A DNA stretch of 64,000 nt from Octopus vulgaris (lineage: Eukaryota). The stretch covers positions 62,001-126,000 of the forward strand of contig OX597841.1 in the NCBI GenBank assembly GCA_951406725.2, in the 5' to 3' direction. This document shows positions 37,392 through 52,168 of this stretch, one piece after another. The notes under the pieces were generated by a model. That model ran no database searches. It was given only the letters and a program-made list of their open reading frames with translations, and was not told the DNA's origin. Position 1 is the stretch's first letter. Every line of letters begins with the position of its first letter. The translations under genes were made by a program, and so were the position numbers.

Positions 37392-38345
37392 CTCTACTAC
37401 CCACAAGGGGTTAAACACAGAAGGGACAAACAAGGACAGACAAACGGATTAAGTCGATTATATCGACCCCAGTGCGTTACTGGTACTTATTTAATCGACC
37501 CCGAAAGGATGAAAGGCAAAGTGGGCCACGGCGGAATTTGAACTCAGAACGTAGCAGCAGACGAAATACCTATTTCTTTATTACCCACAAGGAACTAAAC
37601 ACAGAGGGGACAAACAAGGACAGACAAACGGATTATGTCGATTATATCGACCCCAGTGCGTAACTGGTACTTATTTAATCGACCCCGAAAGGATGAAAGG
37701 CAAAGTGGGCCACGGCGGAATTTGAACTCAGAACGTAGCAGCAGACGAAATACCTATTTCTTTATTACCCACAAGGAACTAAACACAGAGGGGACAAACA
37801 AGGACAGACAAACGGATTATGTCGATTATATCGACCCCAGTGCGTTACTGGTACTTATTTAATCGACCCCGAAAGGATGAAAGGCAAAGTGGGCCACGGC
37901 GGAATTTGAACTCAGAACGTAGCAGCAGACGAAATACCTATTTCTTTATTACCCACAAGGAACTAAACACAGAGGGGACAAACAAGGACAGACAAACGGA
38001 TTATGTCGATTATATCGACCCCAGTGCGTTACTGGTACTTATTTAATCGACCCCGAAAGGATGAAAGGCAAAGTGGGCCACGGCGGAATTTGAACTCAGA
38101 ACGTAGCAGCAGACGAAATACCTATATCTCAACTACACACAAGGGGCTAAACACAGAGGGGACAAACAAGGACAGACAAACGAATTAAGTCGATTATATC
38201 GACCCCAGTGTGTAATTGATACTTATTTAATCGACCCCGAAAGGATGAAAGGTAAAGTCGACCTCGGCGGAATTTGAACTCAGAACGTAGCACCAGACGA
38301 AACACTGCTAAGCATTTGGCACGGCGTGCTAACGTTTCTGCCAGC
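37392..38345 (-). repeat. SINE type 2 tandem array, 5 units of 184 bp, inner units nearly identical
   Basis: 184-nt period visible in ORF starts 37635/37819/38003. Confidence 0.9.
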
Positions 38346-38836
38346 TTTCCCCAACATCACAGAGATAAAACCTCATATATTTACACATACGCACAACGCA
38401 CACACGTACGCATTTGCGCGCATGCACTTATATACGCGCACGCTCGCACACACACATACACACACATCTCTTTTACATATTGTCTGGACAGTCGTGAACT
38501 TGAACAACAACAACAGCTCTCAGAAAGAGAGAAAGAGAATCACAAATTCAAAGACCGATTTTGGATAGAATATTTATATGGATTCCTTATTAAAAGGTAA
38601 AACGTGACTTATGTGGATCACCAGTGGTGGTCAGCTGGATTGGGTGAATGTGAACAACAACAACAGCTGGAATGATGGAAAGAGTATCACAACTTCAAAG
38701 ACCGATTTTGGATACAATATTTGTATGGATTCTTTATTAAAAGGTAAAACGTGACTTATGTGGATCACCAGTGGTGGTCAACTGGATTGTATGGACGTAA
38801 CAACATCAATAGTATCAATGGTTATCATGTGCTGGG

Positions 38837-41800
38837 TTAGTTCTGCTGCCTCAGGCGGAGGAATATGGCCATGGGTCTGCTAATGCATAACCTGCAAGTA
38901 ACAAATAACAACATCAACAACAAAAAGACATTCAAATATATCGTGGGAGGACTTTATAGGTGGTCACTCGAATTACTAGAAATAGCAGTCGATTCTCGGT
39001 GAGAATGCTTTTATTCATAAATCAGCTCAATCAAGCCTGATTGGCCTCTAAACAATAAGTACAACATTAACTTTTAGTACTTCTACTCACAGTAAGACAA
39101 ACGTACACACACGCAGAATATACAATATCACTTACCGTTGTTCCATATGACTTTCGATTTTGTACCAGAATAACGAATTGATGGGTAGTGATCTGACTTT
39201 TCGTACTGACAGTCAAGTGGTCCATCATTGATGGTCAACCAGCCTCTATCCCCTTCACAATTACCAAGCATTGTTATATAAAAGCGACGTGTAAGACTGA
39301 GGAGTTAGAAAAAGAAAAAACCTGTTTGGGTTTCAGAATATGAAAATCTAAACATCTATTAAATAGACTAGTATGTCCACTACACGCAATTGAATTAGTC
39401 AGTGTTTAATTAAAAATAGCCATCTGTGTATCATACTAAATGTGTATACACACAAAGATGTGGGTTTAAACACTCACACACATAAAAACACACATATGCA
39501 CTGAAACACGCACACACACACGTACGCACACACACACACATACACACACACATGCTCACACAAACACGCAGAAATGCGCAAATATCAATACACCAACAAA
39601 GGCAAAATTACACACGAGGCATACACTTTGGTACAAAAACAAATAAATCCACAAACGGCCACAAACATACGAGCGATAACATTTTCCCGTATTAAACATC
39701 TTATCAAAGCGCTAGATAAATATAAAATGAATTCTAGTCAAAATAAATTATATAACGGAACATAAAAAACGGTGATTTTTATTTTCCCTTTAAATACCTG
39801 CCGCGAGGCTCCAGCAGGCAGCCGCAGCAAGTTGTCACATGACACTGTCTCACCATAACTGAGTAGTGAAGGCGCGTAGTTTTAGCCCGCGTATTCTCTA
39901 AACGACCGTCACCTGTCAGTCAGCGAAGCTGATTCAGTGTCAGCTCGTCTCACCTAATGATGTTATTTCCCGCCGGCATGTTATGACTTTCAAGACATTT
40001 TCGGTCTTCCCGCTGTACGTATTCCTGTTTCTTTCAAAACATCAATATGAAGTAGTCATTGACATCCGCATGCGCAGACCTATTTAGCCTCGGTATAGAA
40101 AAACAGTGATTAACGAATCACCAGCGTTGCTGTTAGTCAAGAGGCAGAATATATTTCATTATTACGGGCGGAAGCAGTATCATTTCAAATTTGCATTCTA
40201 TATGTTATAATAAATGAAGATATAATGTTGAAAGCCTAGAGATGCGTTGTTCATCACCAGAAAGTGTCGCGTCGAAATGTATAGTGTTAAAATTTATCTC
40301 TATCGTACGGAAAGTGACTTTTTTTTAACACTATAGGTCTCTACATAACAAAATAAAAGAAGATGAAATATATATTAGCATACCGATATCCCTCAATTGA
40401 GAAATGAACTCCGGTGGCTGAAGCTAGGTCGTTCCATGGTGAAGTTTTCAACTTTTCGTGAGAGAACCAGCTTTGAAGGTTTGTATTTCGTCCATCAAAT
40501 ATTATAGTTACCACATCTGTTTTGTTTTTATAAATCACCACTTTCACCTGTAAAATAAATGAGCATGTAGCACACACCTACACACACACACGCTTACAAC
40601 CACACACGCAGGCACATACACACATAATAAAAAGAAATGGATCAAGTTAAATAGATCGAGGTAATTCAATATGTATTTCCTTCACTGTTAGCTTAACGTC
40701 CACTCTCATTTTTACTTCATAATTCTCTTGACCGAAATTAATCTGTTTAACATGCGAAATTAATGACTTTGATTGGTCACTCGCTCCATACGTATGTTTT
40801 TTTTTCCTGCCTTTAACCCTCCAACGCGGAGTATAGGCCACTTAGAGTTGAATTCCATGTCGCATAATTTTTCACTTCTGTACTTATATTCTGCCATGAA
40901 TGTCCCCCTTTCTCTAGTTCCTTCTGTGTTTATCTACGCCATGTGAGTTCTTATGCCTACCTTTCTTTCTATATCCATCCGGATTACACTGTAAAGCACT
41001 TTTCGCTACATGTGGTGTCTTTTATAATTGTGCTACGAATCTACTTCCACTTTTTCTTAAATATTTACTCCCTAATCGAAACTTGATTTGTTCTTTGCCA
41101 TAGCTCCATATTGCTTGTGTGTTCGGGTCATATAATTTTAAGTTTACTACGCAAGCATCTGTTGATGAATGATTGTATTTGCTGATTTGACGTATCTTGC
41201 TATCTCTAAATGAATCATATAATATAATTAATTACACTTCACTCATATTCTACTATGATACAATCTGGTATATATCACTTAACCTTCAATACAGTATGAC
41301 CTCACGAACTGGAAGTGTTATGTAAACTTGTTATTTCATAGTATTACTTAAGATCTCGTGTTATTGCTTGCCGAGTTGTATGACACAATGTATTAATAAT
41401 TTTCTGCAATACCCAAATAATACATTCGTTTTTAGCTCCTTTACATGCAGATACACCCCATCCCACAAGCACATACACACACAAACAAACACACACACAA
41501 ACTAATGAATATGCATACATATATACATGGTGGCTGCCCCCTCGTTATCGAGTATGGCAATTGCACGAAGCTTAATCAATGTCGTTATCGTGCAATGCCT
41601 GTGCAAGAAGATTTTTTATTAAGTGAGGAAGGGCTCTGCACTGAGTCAATCCCACTCACTAAGCAACAGCAGCCATAATCCGAAAAGAAGAACAAGTCCA
41701 CATCATCGGTAACCACTGAGCAGCCGGTTTTATATCGGAGTTATCCAAGTTACCTGTGCAACCTTCTCCTATAAGGATGCTTTAACAAAGGCTAGGAGTC

Positions 41801-42499
41801 CTTCCCTCCCAATGGTTTAACCGCGTGATCGGGTATTCAGTCCGATTATTTCTATGTCCCCACGCATGATACATCCTTAATACATTTATTCGATGGCCAT
41901 TGACTCTCAAGAGGTCCTCCGCCCTTTGACGGGTTTCGTTTTCCATCCCGCAGTGTGTCGAATAAACACCCTCCTCACAAAGCAAGCTTGGTGGGGTTGC
42001 CGGTTTAGTCGCAGACGGCCCGACTATGCAACAGGCTGTAATGGGTTACATGTTACCAGTAGCACTCGAAAGTGACCTGACATACATACATACATACATA
42101 CATACATAAATACAAACGTGCACACATGCATATATTCATACAAACGTACACACATGCATACACACACATATATGTATATATATATGCATACACATATATG
42201 GATACACACATACATACATGTATGCATATATACATACGTATGTGTATACACATGCACACTAACGCACACACATGCGCACAAACAAACAGAAGGAACGCAG
42301 CCCTGATAACGGACAGGCTCAATGACTTTTGAAAGACGTAACGGAAATTTTAGAAAAAATAAGTAAATGAGTGGAAATCGAACCGGTGCGTGTGTTAACT
42401 AATAAGGCACTAAAAAGAGAATGACTCTCCCCAGATACAATAAACTGTGCTTTAACACACAAATTCACATAAAGAATAACAAAATACAAAAACCATATC

Positions 42500-42554
<55 letters not shown>

Positions 42555-42581
42555 CTATCTATCCATCTATCTATCTATCTG

Positions 42582-42660
<79 letters not shown>

Positions 42661-43649
42661 GTCTATCCATCTATCTATCTATCTGCCTATTTATCTATCT
42701 ATCTATCTCTTTCTCTTTCTCCAAGAAGAGAGAGTCTTTCGTTCATGATAAATATTCTTATTACTGCGGTTTGCCGCAGATAAAATTCTTTACAACGGCG
42801 AGCTGGCAGAAACGTTAGCACGCCGGGCGAAATGCGTAGCCGTATTTCGTCAGTGGTTACGTTCCGAGTTCAAATTGCGCCGAGATCGACTTTGCTTTTC
42901 ATCCTTTCGAGGTCGGTAAATTAAGTACCAGTTATGCACCGGGGTCAATGTAATCGACTTAATCCGTTTGTCTGTCCTTGTTTGTCCCCTCTGTGTTTAG
43001 CCCCTTGTGGGTAGTAAATGGGAAAAAAAAGGAAAAAAAAATTCCTTACAACACTACTTCGTCAACCTAATAAATAAATTCTAGAAATCAAATATATTAC
43101 AAACATAATTGAATTGATCTAAAAGCCGGTTAATCATTATAACGATTATGAAGACAATGATGTGTTTCGCACTCGCGCGTTTCTGCATGCATAGACATAC
43201 ATACCTCATCAATTGGAAGATTGTTCCAGAAATCGAGGAAAGGATGTCGGAAGAAGTTAGGACAAAAGGTACCATTGCATTTGTCCACATTCCAGGTTGA
43301 AGGAAGTCCTATATTCAGGAATGAATTATAGACTTTCGAACCAGCTCCCTTTGATATGGCATATACTTTGATCCATTTGCTATCTGAAATAATAATTATA
43401 ACAACAATAGTAATAATAATGATGATAGAGGTATCAGCACCTAGCTATCAACACGGTTAAAAAAGATTGGTGCACGTGTGAAGGTGGAACACCTTCATAG
43501 AATAAGCATTGCTTGGAACTGTAAGAATTCTTTGCAGAGTTCTTGAAGCATGGCCAGTAAATAAGCGTCACCTTAGTCTGCTAAGCTGTGGACAGCTGAC
43601 ACGTTCCATCATAACCAGCAAATTAAGTTGTGAGATTTCATATAATAAT

Positions 43650-43681
<32 letters not shown>

Positions 43682-44412
43682 AAACAACAACAAAAACAAC
43701 AACAACAATAACAATAACAATAATAATAATAATAATAATAATAAGTATAATAATGATAATAATAATAAATACCCTGATGCAGTACCTGACAGTGGCTCTC
43801 ATGGCTTCTGATCTTAAGTGATTGGAAGTGTTATCTTACGAATAGCAAAGGACTACGTTTCGGACTTCTCCCACTACTGGGACGAAGACCGCTTCGCTCA
43901 ACAAACAAACAAACAAACAGCAACAACAATCTTAATATTGATTTTAAATTTTGGCACAAGGCCAGCAAATTATTGGAGAGAAAAGTAAGTCGATTTCATT
44001 GACCTCACTCTTCAACTGGTACCGCAAAAAGCAAAATAAAAAAGAACAAAAGAAAAACAGTAATAATAAAGAAGATTCACTTACTTCTATAGAAGGAAAT
44101 CTCGTTCTTGTTATTCGTGCTGACGACTGTCATTATATTTTTCGGTGAGTAATTCTTACAAGCATGGCTGACTTTGTTGTAAGTGAAAAATTGCGATTGG
44201 CTCCTCTGAGCGAGCGCGGTGCAGTCGAGGAGGTTTCGTGTTGAGGAGAATTGTTCTGTTGGAGGTGTCCCAATATAACCATAGGAATAACCAGTTCCCA
44301 AACGTTTGTAGTAGCCATCAAGTTCCTGATCTGAGGTAACAACCAGAATTGTTGTAAGGGTTAACAGCAGCACTGCCATTGCAGCTGGACGAGTAAAAGC
44401 TGACTGGAAAAT
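38837..44412 (-). pseudogene. Copy C: 5-exon paralog with the first ATG changed to ATT and a 1-nt deletion in exon 5. Exons 44412-44085, 43383-43205, 40547-40384, 39296-39136, 38891-38837
   Basis: 44412-44410 reads ATT where the other copies have ATG; a second in-frame ATG lies at 44379. Exon 5 is 55 nt instead of 56, giving ...YALADPWPYSSA* (TGA at 38853-38851). Exons 2-4 are open with intact splice sites. Confidence 0.7.
42797..43040 (+). mobile_element. SINE type 2 insertion in intron 2 of copy C (1 unit) with TSD
   Basis: Flanked by AAAATTC(T/C)TTACAAC on both sides; absent from copies A and B. Confidence 0.8.
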
Positions 44413-45144
44413 TCTTGACTCTATGATTGCTAAAAGTAGACAGAAGGGGGAAAGAAATGGCATGAAAGAGAGAAAGAATGAGGTGGGGTGAAATATGAAG
44501 AGATTCAGCAATGAGACAAAATGAATTTTAATAAAGAGAGAACGGGGAAGAGAAAGACAAGGAGAGAAGAAAAAAGTTAGAGAGTAACAGAGAGAAATCC
44601 TGAAAAAGAAGAGAGATACAATGAGAAGATGGAAAGTGTTTGTGTGTGAGAGGAAGGTTGTTCGGAAGAGAAAACGCAAAAGGAATAACATATAATTTAG
44701 AATAAAAAATTTAAAATAAATTACGGTTATTGGTAAAGACGCAGGTCCTGGGGAAGATTTTAAGTTGTATACGTTACGGGGCCCTGGTTTGAGATTTCCA
44801 GGGTTTTCAAGAGTTTGGAAACACTTCTTAGCCAATGTTGTTCCCAGGTTAGTTTTATCCGGAGTAGACGTACTCGGTAGGTTCCCACATATGAGTTAAT
44901 TAATAATTCAGTTGATCAGATGGGGCTCATTAGCCTAGTGTTGGTGGTGGTAGTGGGGCTACCTATCATAGGGGAAAGAAAAATCTGATTTCAATCCTCC
45001 GTTACCTTGCAATAATACTAAACCACGGGAAAGTGTTTGGGTGTAAACACTGAGGTAAAAGCGGGTATACTAGTCTATTTAATACATGTTTAGATTTTCA
45101 TATTCTGAAACCCAAACAAGTTGTTTTGTTCTTTTTCTCCTTAG

Positions 45145-45627
45145 ACGTGCACGTCGCTTCCATATAACAATACATGGTTTTTGTGAAAGGGACAGAGGAT
45201 GGCTGACCATCAATGAGGGACCATATGTATGTGAGTTCGATAAGTCAGATCACTACCCTTCAATTCGTTATTCTGATACAAAATCGAAAGTCATATGGAA
45301 CAACGGTAAGTGATATTGTATCTTCTGTGTCTGTGTGCGTGTGTCTTACTGTGAGTAGTAGTACTAAATGTTAATTTTGTACTTATTGTTTAGCGGCCAA
45401 TCAGCCTTGATTCAACTGATTTATATTCAAAGGCGTTCCATCAGTGACCGACCTACAAAACGATGCAGAGATTCGGCTGCCATTTCTAGTAATTCGAGTG
45501 ACCACCTATAAAGTCCTCCCACGATATATTTGAATTCCTTTTGTTATTGATGTTGTTATTGTTACTTGCAGGTTATGCATTAGCAGACTCCATGGCCATA
45601 TTCCTCCGCCTGAGGCAGCAGAACTAA
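45145..45627 (+). pseudogene. Orphan exons 4 (45145-45305) and 5 (45572-45627) (3' part of split copy D)
   Basis: RARRFHITIHGFCERDRGWL...WNNG and [17 protein letters not shown]. Only ~80 bp of intron 3 precedes them before an abrupt junction at ~45066. Confidence 0.85.
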
Positions 45628-47515
45628 CCCAGCAGATGATAACCATTGATACTATTGATGTTGTTAACGTCCATCCAATCCAGCTGACCACCACTGGTGA
45701 TCCACATAAGTCACGTTTTACATTTTAATAAAGAATCCACACAAATATTCTATCCAACATCGGTCTTTGAAGCTGTGATTCTCTTTCTCTCATTCCAGCT
45801 GTTGTTGTTGTTCACATTCACCCAATCCAGCTGACCACCACTGGTGATCCACACAAGTCACGTTGTACCTGTTAATAAGGAATCCATATAAATATTGTAT
45901 CCAATATCGGTCTTTTAAATTGTGATTCTCTTTCTCACTTTCTGAGAGCTGTTGTTGTTCCAGTTCACGACTGTCCAGACTATATGTAAAAGTGATGTGT
46001 GTGTATGTGTGTGTGCGAGCGCGTATACATGTGCATGCGCGCCCATGCGTACGTGCGTGCGTTGTGCGTGAGTGTAGATATCTGCGGTTTTATCTCTATG
46101 ATGTTGGGGAAAGCTGACAGAAACGTTAGCACGCCGGGCGAAATGCATAGCAGTATTTCGGCTACCGCTACGTTCTGAGTTCAAATTCCGCCGAGGTCGA
46201 CTTTACCTTTCATCCTTTCGGTGACGATTAAATAAGTATCATTTACGCACTTGGGTCGATATGATCGACTTAATTCGTTTGTCTGTCCTTGTTTGTCCCC
46301 TCTGTGTTTAGCCCCTTGTGGGTAGTAGAGAAATAGGTATTTCGTCTGCTGCTACGTTCTGAGTTCAAATTCCGCCGAGGCCCACTTTGCCTTTTATTCT
46401 TTCAGGGTCGATAAATTAAGTACAAGTAACGCACTGGGGTCGATATAATCGACATAATCCGTTTTTCTGTCCTTGTTTGTCCCTTCTGTGTTTAATCCCT
46501 TGTGGGTAGTAAAGAAAGAGGATATGGGGGAAGGCTTTCAGCAAATCAAATAGATCAGAACAATGATACTAATTATACAAAGGAAAGTGAAACAATATCC
46601 GGCGTTTCGCCGAAACAGTCTTTCGGTTGGTCGCTCTAGTTTCATCAGTGGCGTGTTAAAGGGTGGTACTCTTCTGATTTCTTGACCGACGTTTCACTTT
46701 GATCTCTCTCCAGCTTCCATTCTTGTGTTACAGAACAAACGTGGCAGCTCTACTGGAAGTGTGCAGTAAGGGAAAATAGGGATCAGTGAAAATGCTTCTC
46801 TAATCTGAATGTGTGTCAGGGGCTGAAATTCTTTGCAGGCTTTCAATACAATTAAGGAACAGCGCTCTACTGCGTAGAAGTATTTACGAGAAGAGGGAGA
46901 AGTTTTAAATGGCCGGACAAACGTGAAATACGAGGAGTGATAAGGACACCCATTAACCGTCACCGGTGACGTGGAGATTCAACAATTTTCAGAAATGCTT
47001 CTGGCGAAACAACGATTGCCCATTAATGAGATGTCTTATTCTCTGAAATTATTATGGGTCTGCATCCGCGACAAGCTTCGGTTCTGCGGAGTTAGTGCGA
47101 GAAGGGCGCAAAGAGAGCTTTTCGATGTGAATAAGCGCAATCGTGTGGATTTTTGTCAATTCTAACTCGAACGCTTCAGTGATGAAACTAAAGTTGTTTC
47201 AGGGAGCGTCGACACGATTGATGAAATCGGGGCCCATAACTTTGAGCCAGAATCGAAAAGGTTTAGTATGAAGCGGAAACGACACGAATCACCAGTGGAA
47301 AAGAAATTTAAGATTCAACCTTCGGCAGAAAAATGTGATGCAAGCGTTTGGGGGGATGCAAAAGGGTCTATATTGCAACATTGTCCCTTAAAAGGGGTCT
47401 ACAGTGAAATGTTGGTTAACAAAGGGAAACCAGCAATTCGTAACAAACGCCGATGTCTATTATTGTAAGACAAATCACGCCCATAATCAGCCACCCACAC
47501 GTAGATAGTAGTTTC

Positions 47516-47579
<64 letters not shown>

Positions 47580-47661
47580 GTAGATAGATAGATAGTAGAT
47601 AGATTGATAAAGCAATAGATAGATAGATAGGTAGATAGATAGATAGATAGATAGATAGATC

Positions 47662-47703
<42 letters not shown>

Positions 47704-48569
47704 GAGATTGATAAAGCAATAGATAGATAGATAGTTAGTTAGATTACCTTATAATAAAGCACCGTTAATTCCTAAGATACATGTAAAAACATGCAGAGTG
47801 AAACTGGTGAGAACTGTTCGTGTTATGCTTCGATGTCTGTAACTGTTGGCGTGTTTATTTGTCATGAAATGAAGAAAATTATCTATTAACGCATCAACTA
47901 TCAATGGTTGTAATTAAGAGTGTACACAGGTGAGGACTAGGTTCTTGTTCCATCATTCACGGTGATTGATTTCAATGATTTCCTATAATGAAAGTCTTCG
48001 GTATAGTGACCTCAAATGTTCTGCTTTTATATCTCCACTCACAGAAACACCAACTCACATCACGCTATCACCAGGTATTAAAACTACAACGTCACTATCA
48101 CAAACAGCGCGTCAGCCTTACTGCTAACATCGGAACGACGTCAGTAAACACACAGCCGTATTTTCTGCGAGCTTAGTGAAACGCATGTCTCTATTGAAGG
48201 CCCTTTTATTCTTCATAGCAATCAAAGGGTACATATTGGAAAATCTGGTTTATTTTTACTTCTGTGGAGAAACAGACAAATTAGTAAACAGTGTTGAACT
48301 AAGTTGATGGTTCTGCGTTTTGCTCATTTATGGACAGTCTATACGGGTTGATTATTTATGGGCAGGTCTAAGTCTGTAAATAATACTGATAAGAGAAATT
48401 AGGAGAGATATCAGTGGCCCGTACTGACAGTTACGAAGTGTTCAGACATCTGAAGACACAACTGTGGGTAATAGAGGGTAATATTGACGGGAGAAGACAG
48501 TAAGGGAAACAGTGATAAAGGTGTGACATTCACGAACCATCCTAACAAGAAGTCCTTACAGAACCACCT

Positions 48570-48902
48570 GAAGTGTGCGCTCTCCGCCCTACCTCACTGA
48601 AAGTAAGTGTGTTTTCTATCACATTGCATTTAATGTGTTCGGGTATGTGTTATGGCTAGGATATGTTGCAGTTAAGATTAGAGTGTGTGTGTGTGTGACA
48701 ACAGTTGAAATAAGGGTGATTGTGCGTGCAAACGCCAATCTTGCGCTCTTTCAATTGTTGTATCGAGTAAACGCTCTCTCTCTCTCTCACACACACACTG
48801 TTTCCCTCGTATCGTTCTCTCTCACAGCTAGCTAACTAGCGATATATATATATATATTTATATGTGTGTGCCTATGTATGTACGTATGTATGTGTGTATA
48901 TA

Positions 48903-48938
<36 letters not shown>

Positions 48939-49273
48939 TGTATGTATGTATGATGTATGTATGTATGTATGTATGTATGTATATACATACATAAAGACAG
49001 ACAGACAGACAGGCAGGCAAGCAGACAGACATATAGATAGATAGATAGATAGATATATCTAAAGTGTGCGCTCTCCGCCCTATCTCACTGAAAGTAAGTG
49101 TTTTTCTATCACATTGCATTTTGTGTGTTCGGGTACGTGTTATGGCTAGGATATCTCTCTCTCTCTCTCTCACACACACTGTTTCCCTCCTTTCTTTCTC
49201 TCTCACAGCTAGCTAACTAGCTATATATATATATATATGTGTGTGCGTGTATGTATGTATGTATATATGTGTG

Positions 49274-49307
<34 letters not shown>

Positions 49308-49412
49308 TGTATGTATGTATGTATGTATGTATGTATGTATGTATGTATGTATGTATGTATATATATACATACATACAGACAGACAGACAGACAGGCAGGC
49401 AAGCAGACAGAC

Positions 49413-49440
<28 letters not shown>
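48570..49440 (+). repeat. Local duplication (~450-500 bp, microsatellite-rich) upstream of copy E; also upstream of copy F (~59800-60640)
   Basis: AAGTGTGCGCTCTCCGCCCTA..TCACTGAAAGTAAGTG...CACAGCTAGCTAACTAGC occurs twice. Confidence 0.75.
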
Positions 49441-49480
<40 letters not shown>

Positions 49481-50126
49481 GCAAAGGGCTTCCACATACT
49501 TTCCGGCTACCAGATTCCCTCTCTAGGCATTGGTTGGCCGGGCCAATACTAGAAGACACTTGCCCAAGTAGCCGCTCAGTGGGATTGAACCGGGAAGCAT
49601 GTGATTACCAAGCGAGCTCCTTAATCTTACAGCTGTGCCTGAACCTATATTCTATAGTCTCAGTTATTAATGGTCATGAATGAAGGCCCTAGAATTACTA
49701 CCAATTCTTGAAAACCCTGGATATCTCAAACCAGGGCCCCGTAATACAACTTAAAATCTTCCCCGAATACAACTTAAAATCTTCCCCAGGACCTGCGTCT
49801 TTACCAATAACCGTAATATATTTTAAATTTTTTATTCTAAATTATATGTTATTCCTTTTGCGTTTTCTCTTCCGAACAACCTTCCTCTCACACACAAACA
49901 CTTTCCATCTTCTCATTGTATCTCTCTCTTCTTTTTCAGGATTTCTCTCTGTTACTCTCTAACTTTTTTCTTCTCTCCTTGTCTTTCTCTTCCCCGTTCT
50001 CTCTTTATTAAAATTCATTTTGTCTCATTGCTGAATCTCTTCATATTTCACCCCACCTCATTCTTTCTCTCTTTCATGCCATTTCTTTCCCCCTTCTGTC
50101 TACTTTTAGCAATCATAGAGTCAAGA

Positions 50127-50804
50127 ATGTTCCAGTCAGCTTTTACTCGTCCAGCTGCAATGGCAGTGCTGCTGTTAACCCTTACAACAATTCTGGTTGT
50201 TACCTCAGATCAGGAACTTGATGGCTACTACAAACGTTTGGGAACTGGTTATTCCTATGGTTATATTGGGACACCTCCAACAGAACAATTCTCCTCAACA
50301 CGAAACCTCCTCGACTGCACCGCGCTCGCTCAGAGGAGCCAATCGCAATTTTTCACTTACAACAAAGTCAGCCATGCTTGTAAGAATTACTCACCGAAAA
50401 ATATAATGACAGTCGTCAGCACGAATAACAAGAACGAGATTTCCTTCTATAGAAGTAAGTGAATCTTCTTTATTATTACTGTTTTTCTTTTGTTCTTTTT
50501 TATTTTGCTTTTTGCGGTACCAGTTGAAGAGTGAGGTCAATGAAATCGACTTACTTTTCTCTCCAATAATTTGCTGGCCTTGTGCCAAAATTTGAAATCA
50601 ATATTAATATTGTTGTTGCTGTTTGTTTGTTTGTTTGTTGAGCGAAGCGGTCTTCGTCTCAGTAGTGGGAGAAGTCCGAAACGTGGTCCTTTGCTATTCG
50701 TAAGATAACACTTCCAATCACTTAAGATCAGAAGCCATGAGAGCCACTGTCAGGTACTGCATCAGGGTATTTATTATTATTATCATTTTTATTATTATTA
50801 TTAA

Positions 50805-50862
<58 letters not shown>

Positions 50863-50874
50863 ATTATAATTATT

Positions 50875-50910
<36 letters not shown>

Positions 50911-52106
50911 ATTATTATATGAAATCTCACAACTTATTTTGCTGGTTATGATGGAACGTGTCAGCTGTCCACAGCTTAGCAGACTAAGGTGACGCTTATT
51001 TACTGGCCATGCTTCAAGAACTCTGCAAAGAATTCTTACAGTTCCAAGCAATGCTTATTCTTTGAAGGTGTTCCACCTTCACACGTGCACCAATCTTTTT
51101 TAACCGTGTTGATAGCTAGGTGCTGATACCTCTATCATCATTATTATTACTATTGTTGTTATAATTATTATTTCAGATAGCAAATGGATCAAAGTATATG
51201 CCATATCAAAGGGAGCTGGTTCGAAAGTCTATAATTCATTCCTGAATATAGGACTTCCTTCAACCTGGAATGTGGACAAATGCAATGGTACCTTTTGTCC
51301 TAACTTCTTCCGACATCCTTTCCTAAATTTCTGGAACAATCTTCCAATTGATGAGGTATGTATGTTTATGCATGCACAAACGCGCGAGTGCGCAACACAT
51401 TATTGTCTTCATAATCGTTATAATGATTAACCGGCTTTTAGATCAATTCAATTATGTTTGTAATATATTTGATTTCTAGAATTTATTTATTAGGTTGACG
51501 AAGTAGTGTTGTAAAGAATTTTTTTTTCCTTTTTTTTCCCATTTACTACCCACAAGGGGCTAAACACAGAGGGGACAAACAAGGACAGACAAACGGATTA
51601 AGTCGATTACGTTGACCCCGGTGCCTAACTGGTACTTAATTTACCGACCCCGAAAGGATGAAAGGCAAAGTCGACCTCGGCGAAATTTGAACTCGGAACG
51701 TAACCACAGACGAAATACGTATTTCTTTATTACCCACAAGGGGCTAAACACCGAGAGGACAAACAAGGACCGACATAGGTATTAAGTCGATTACATCGAC
51801 CCCAGTGCGTAACTGGTACTTAATTTATCGACCCCGAAAGGATGAAAGGCAAAGTCGACCTCGGCGGAATTTGAACTCACAACGTAACGCAGACGAAATA
51901 CCGCTAAGCATTTCTCCCGGCGTGCTAACGTTTCTGCCAGCTCGCCGTTGTAAAGAATCTTATCTGCGGCAAACCGCAGTAATAAGAATATTTATCATGA
52001 ACGAAAGACTCTCCCTTGTTGGAGAGATTGAAAAAGATAGATAGATAGATAGACAGATAGATAGATAGATAGATAGACAGACAGATAGATAGATAGATAG
52101 ATAGAC

Positions 52107-52168
<62 letters not shown>

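Noticed and set aside
37392-38345. Regular 184-bp repeats superficially like a CRISPR array
   Set aside because: Whole units repeat with no unique spacers, they are SINE-derived, and there are no cas genes in this eukaryotic context.
51177-51355. Apparent loss of exon 2 in copy E (no ORF listed in the track)
   Set aside because: The TAA is in a non-coding frame; the spliced frame reads HPFLNFW and is open.
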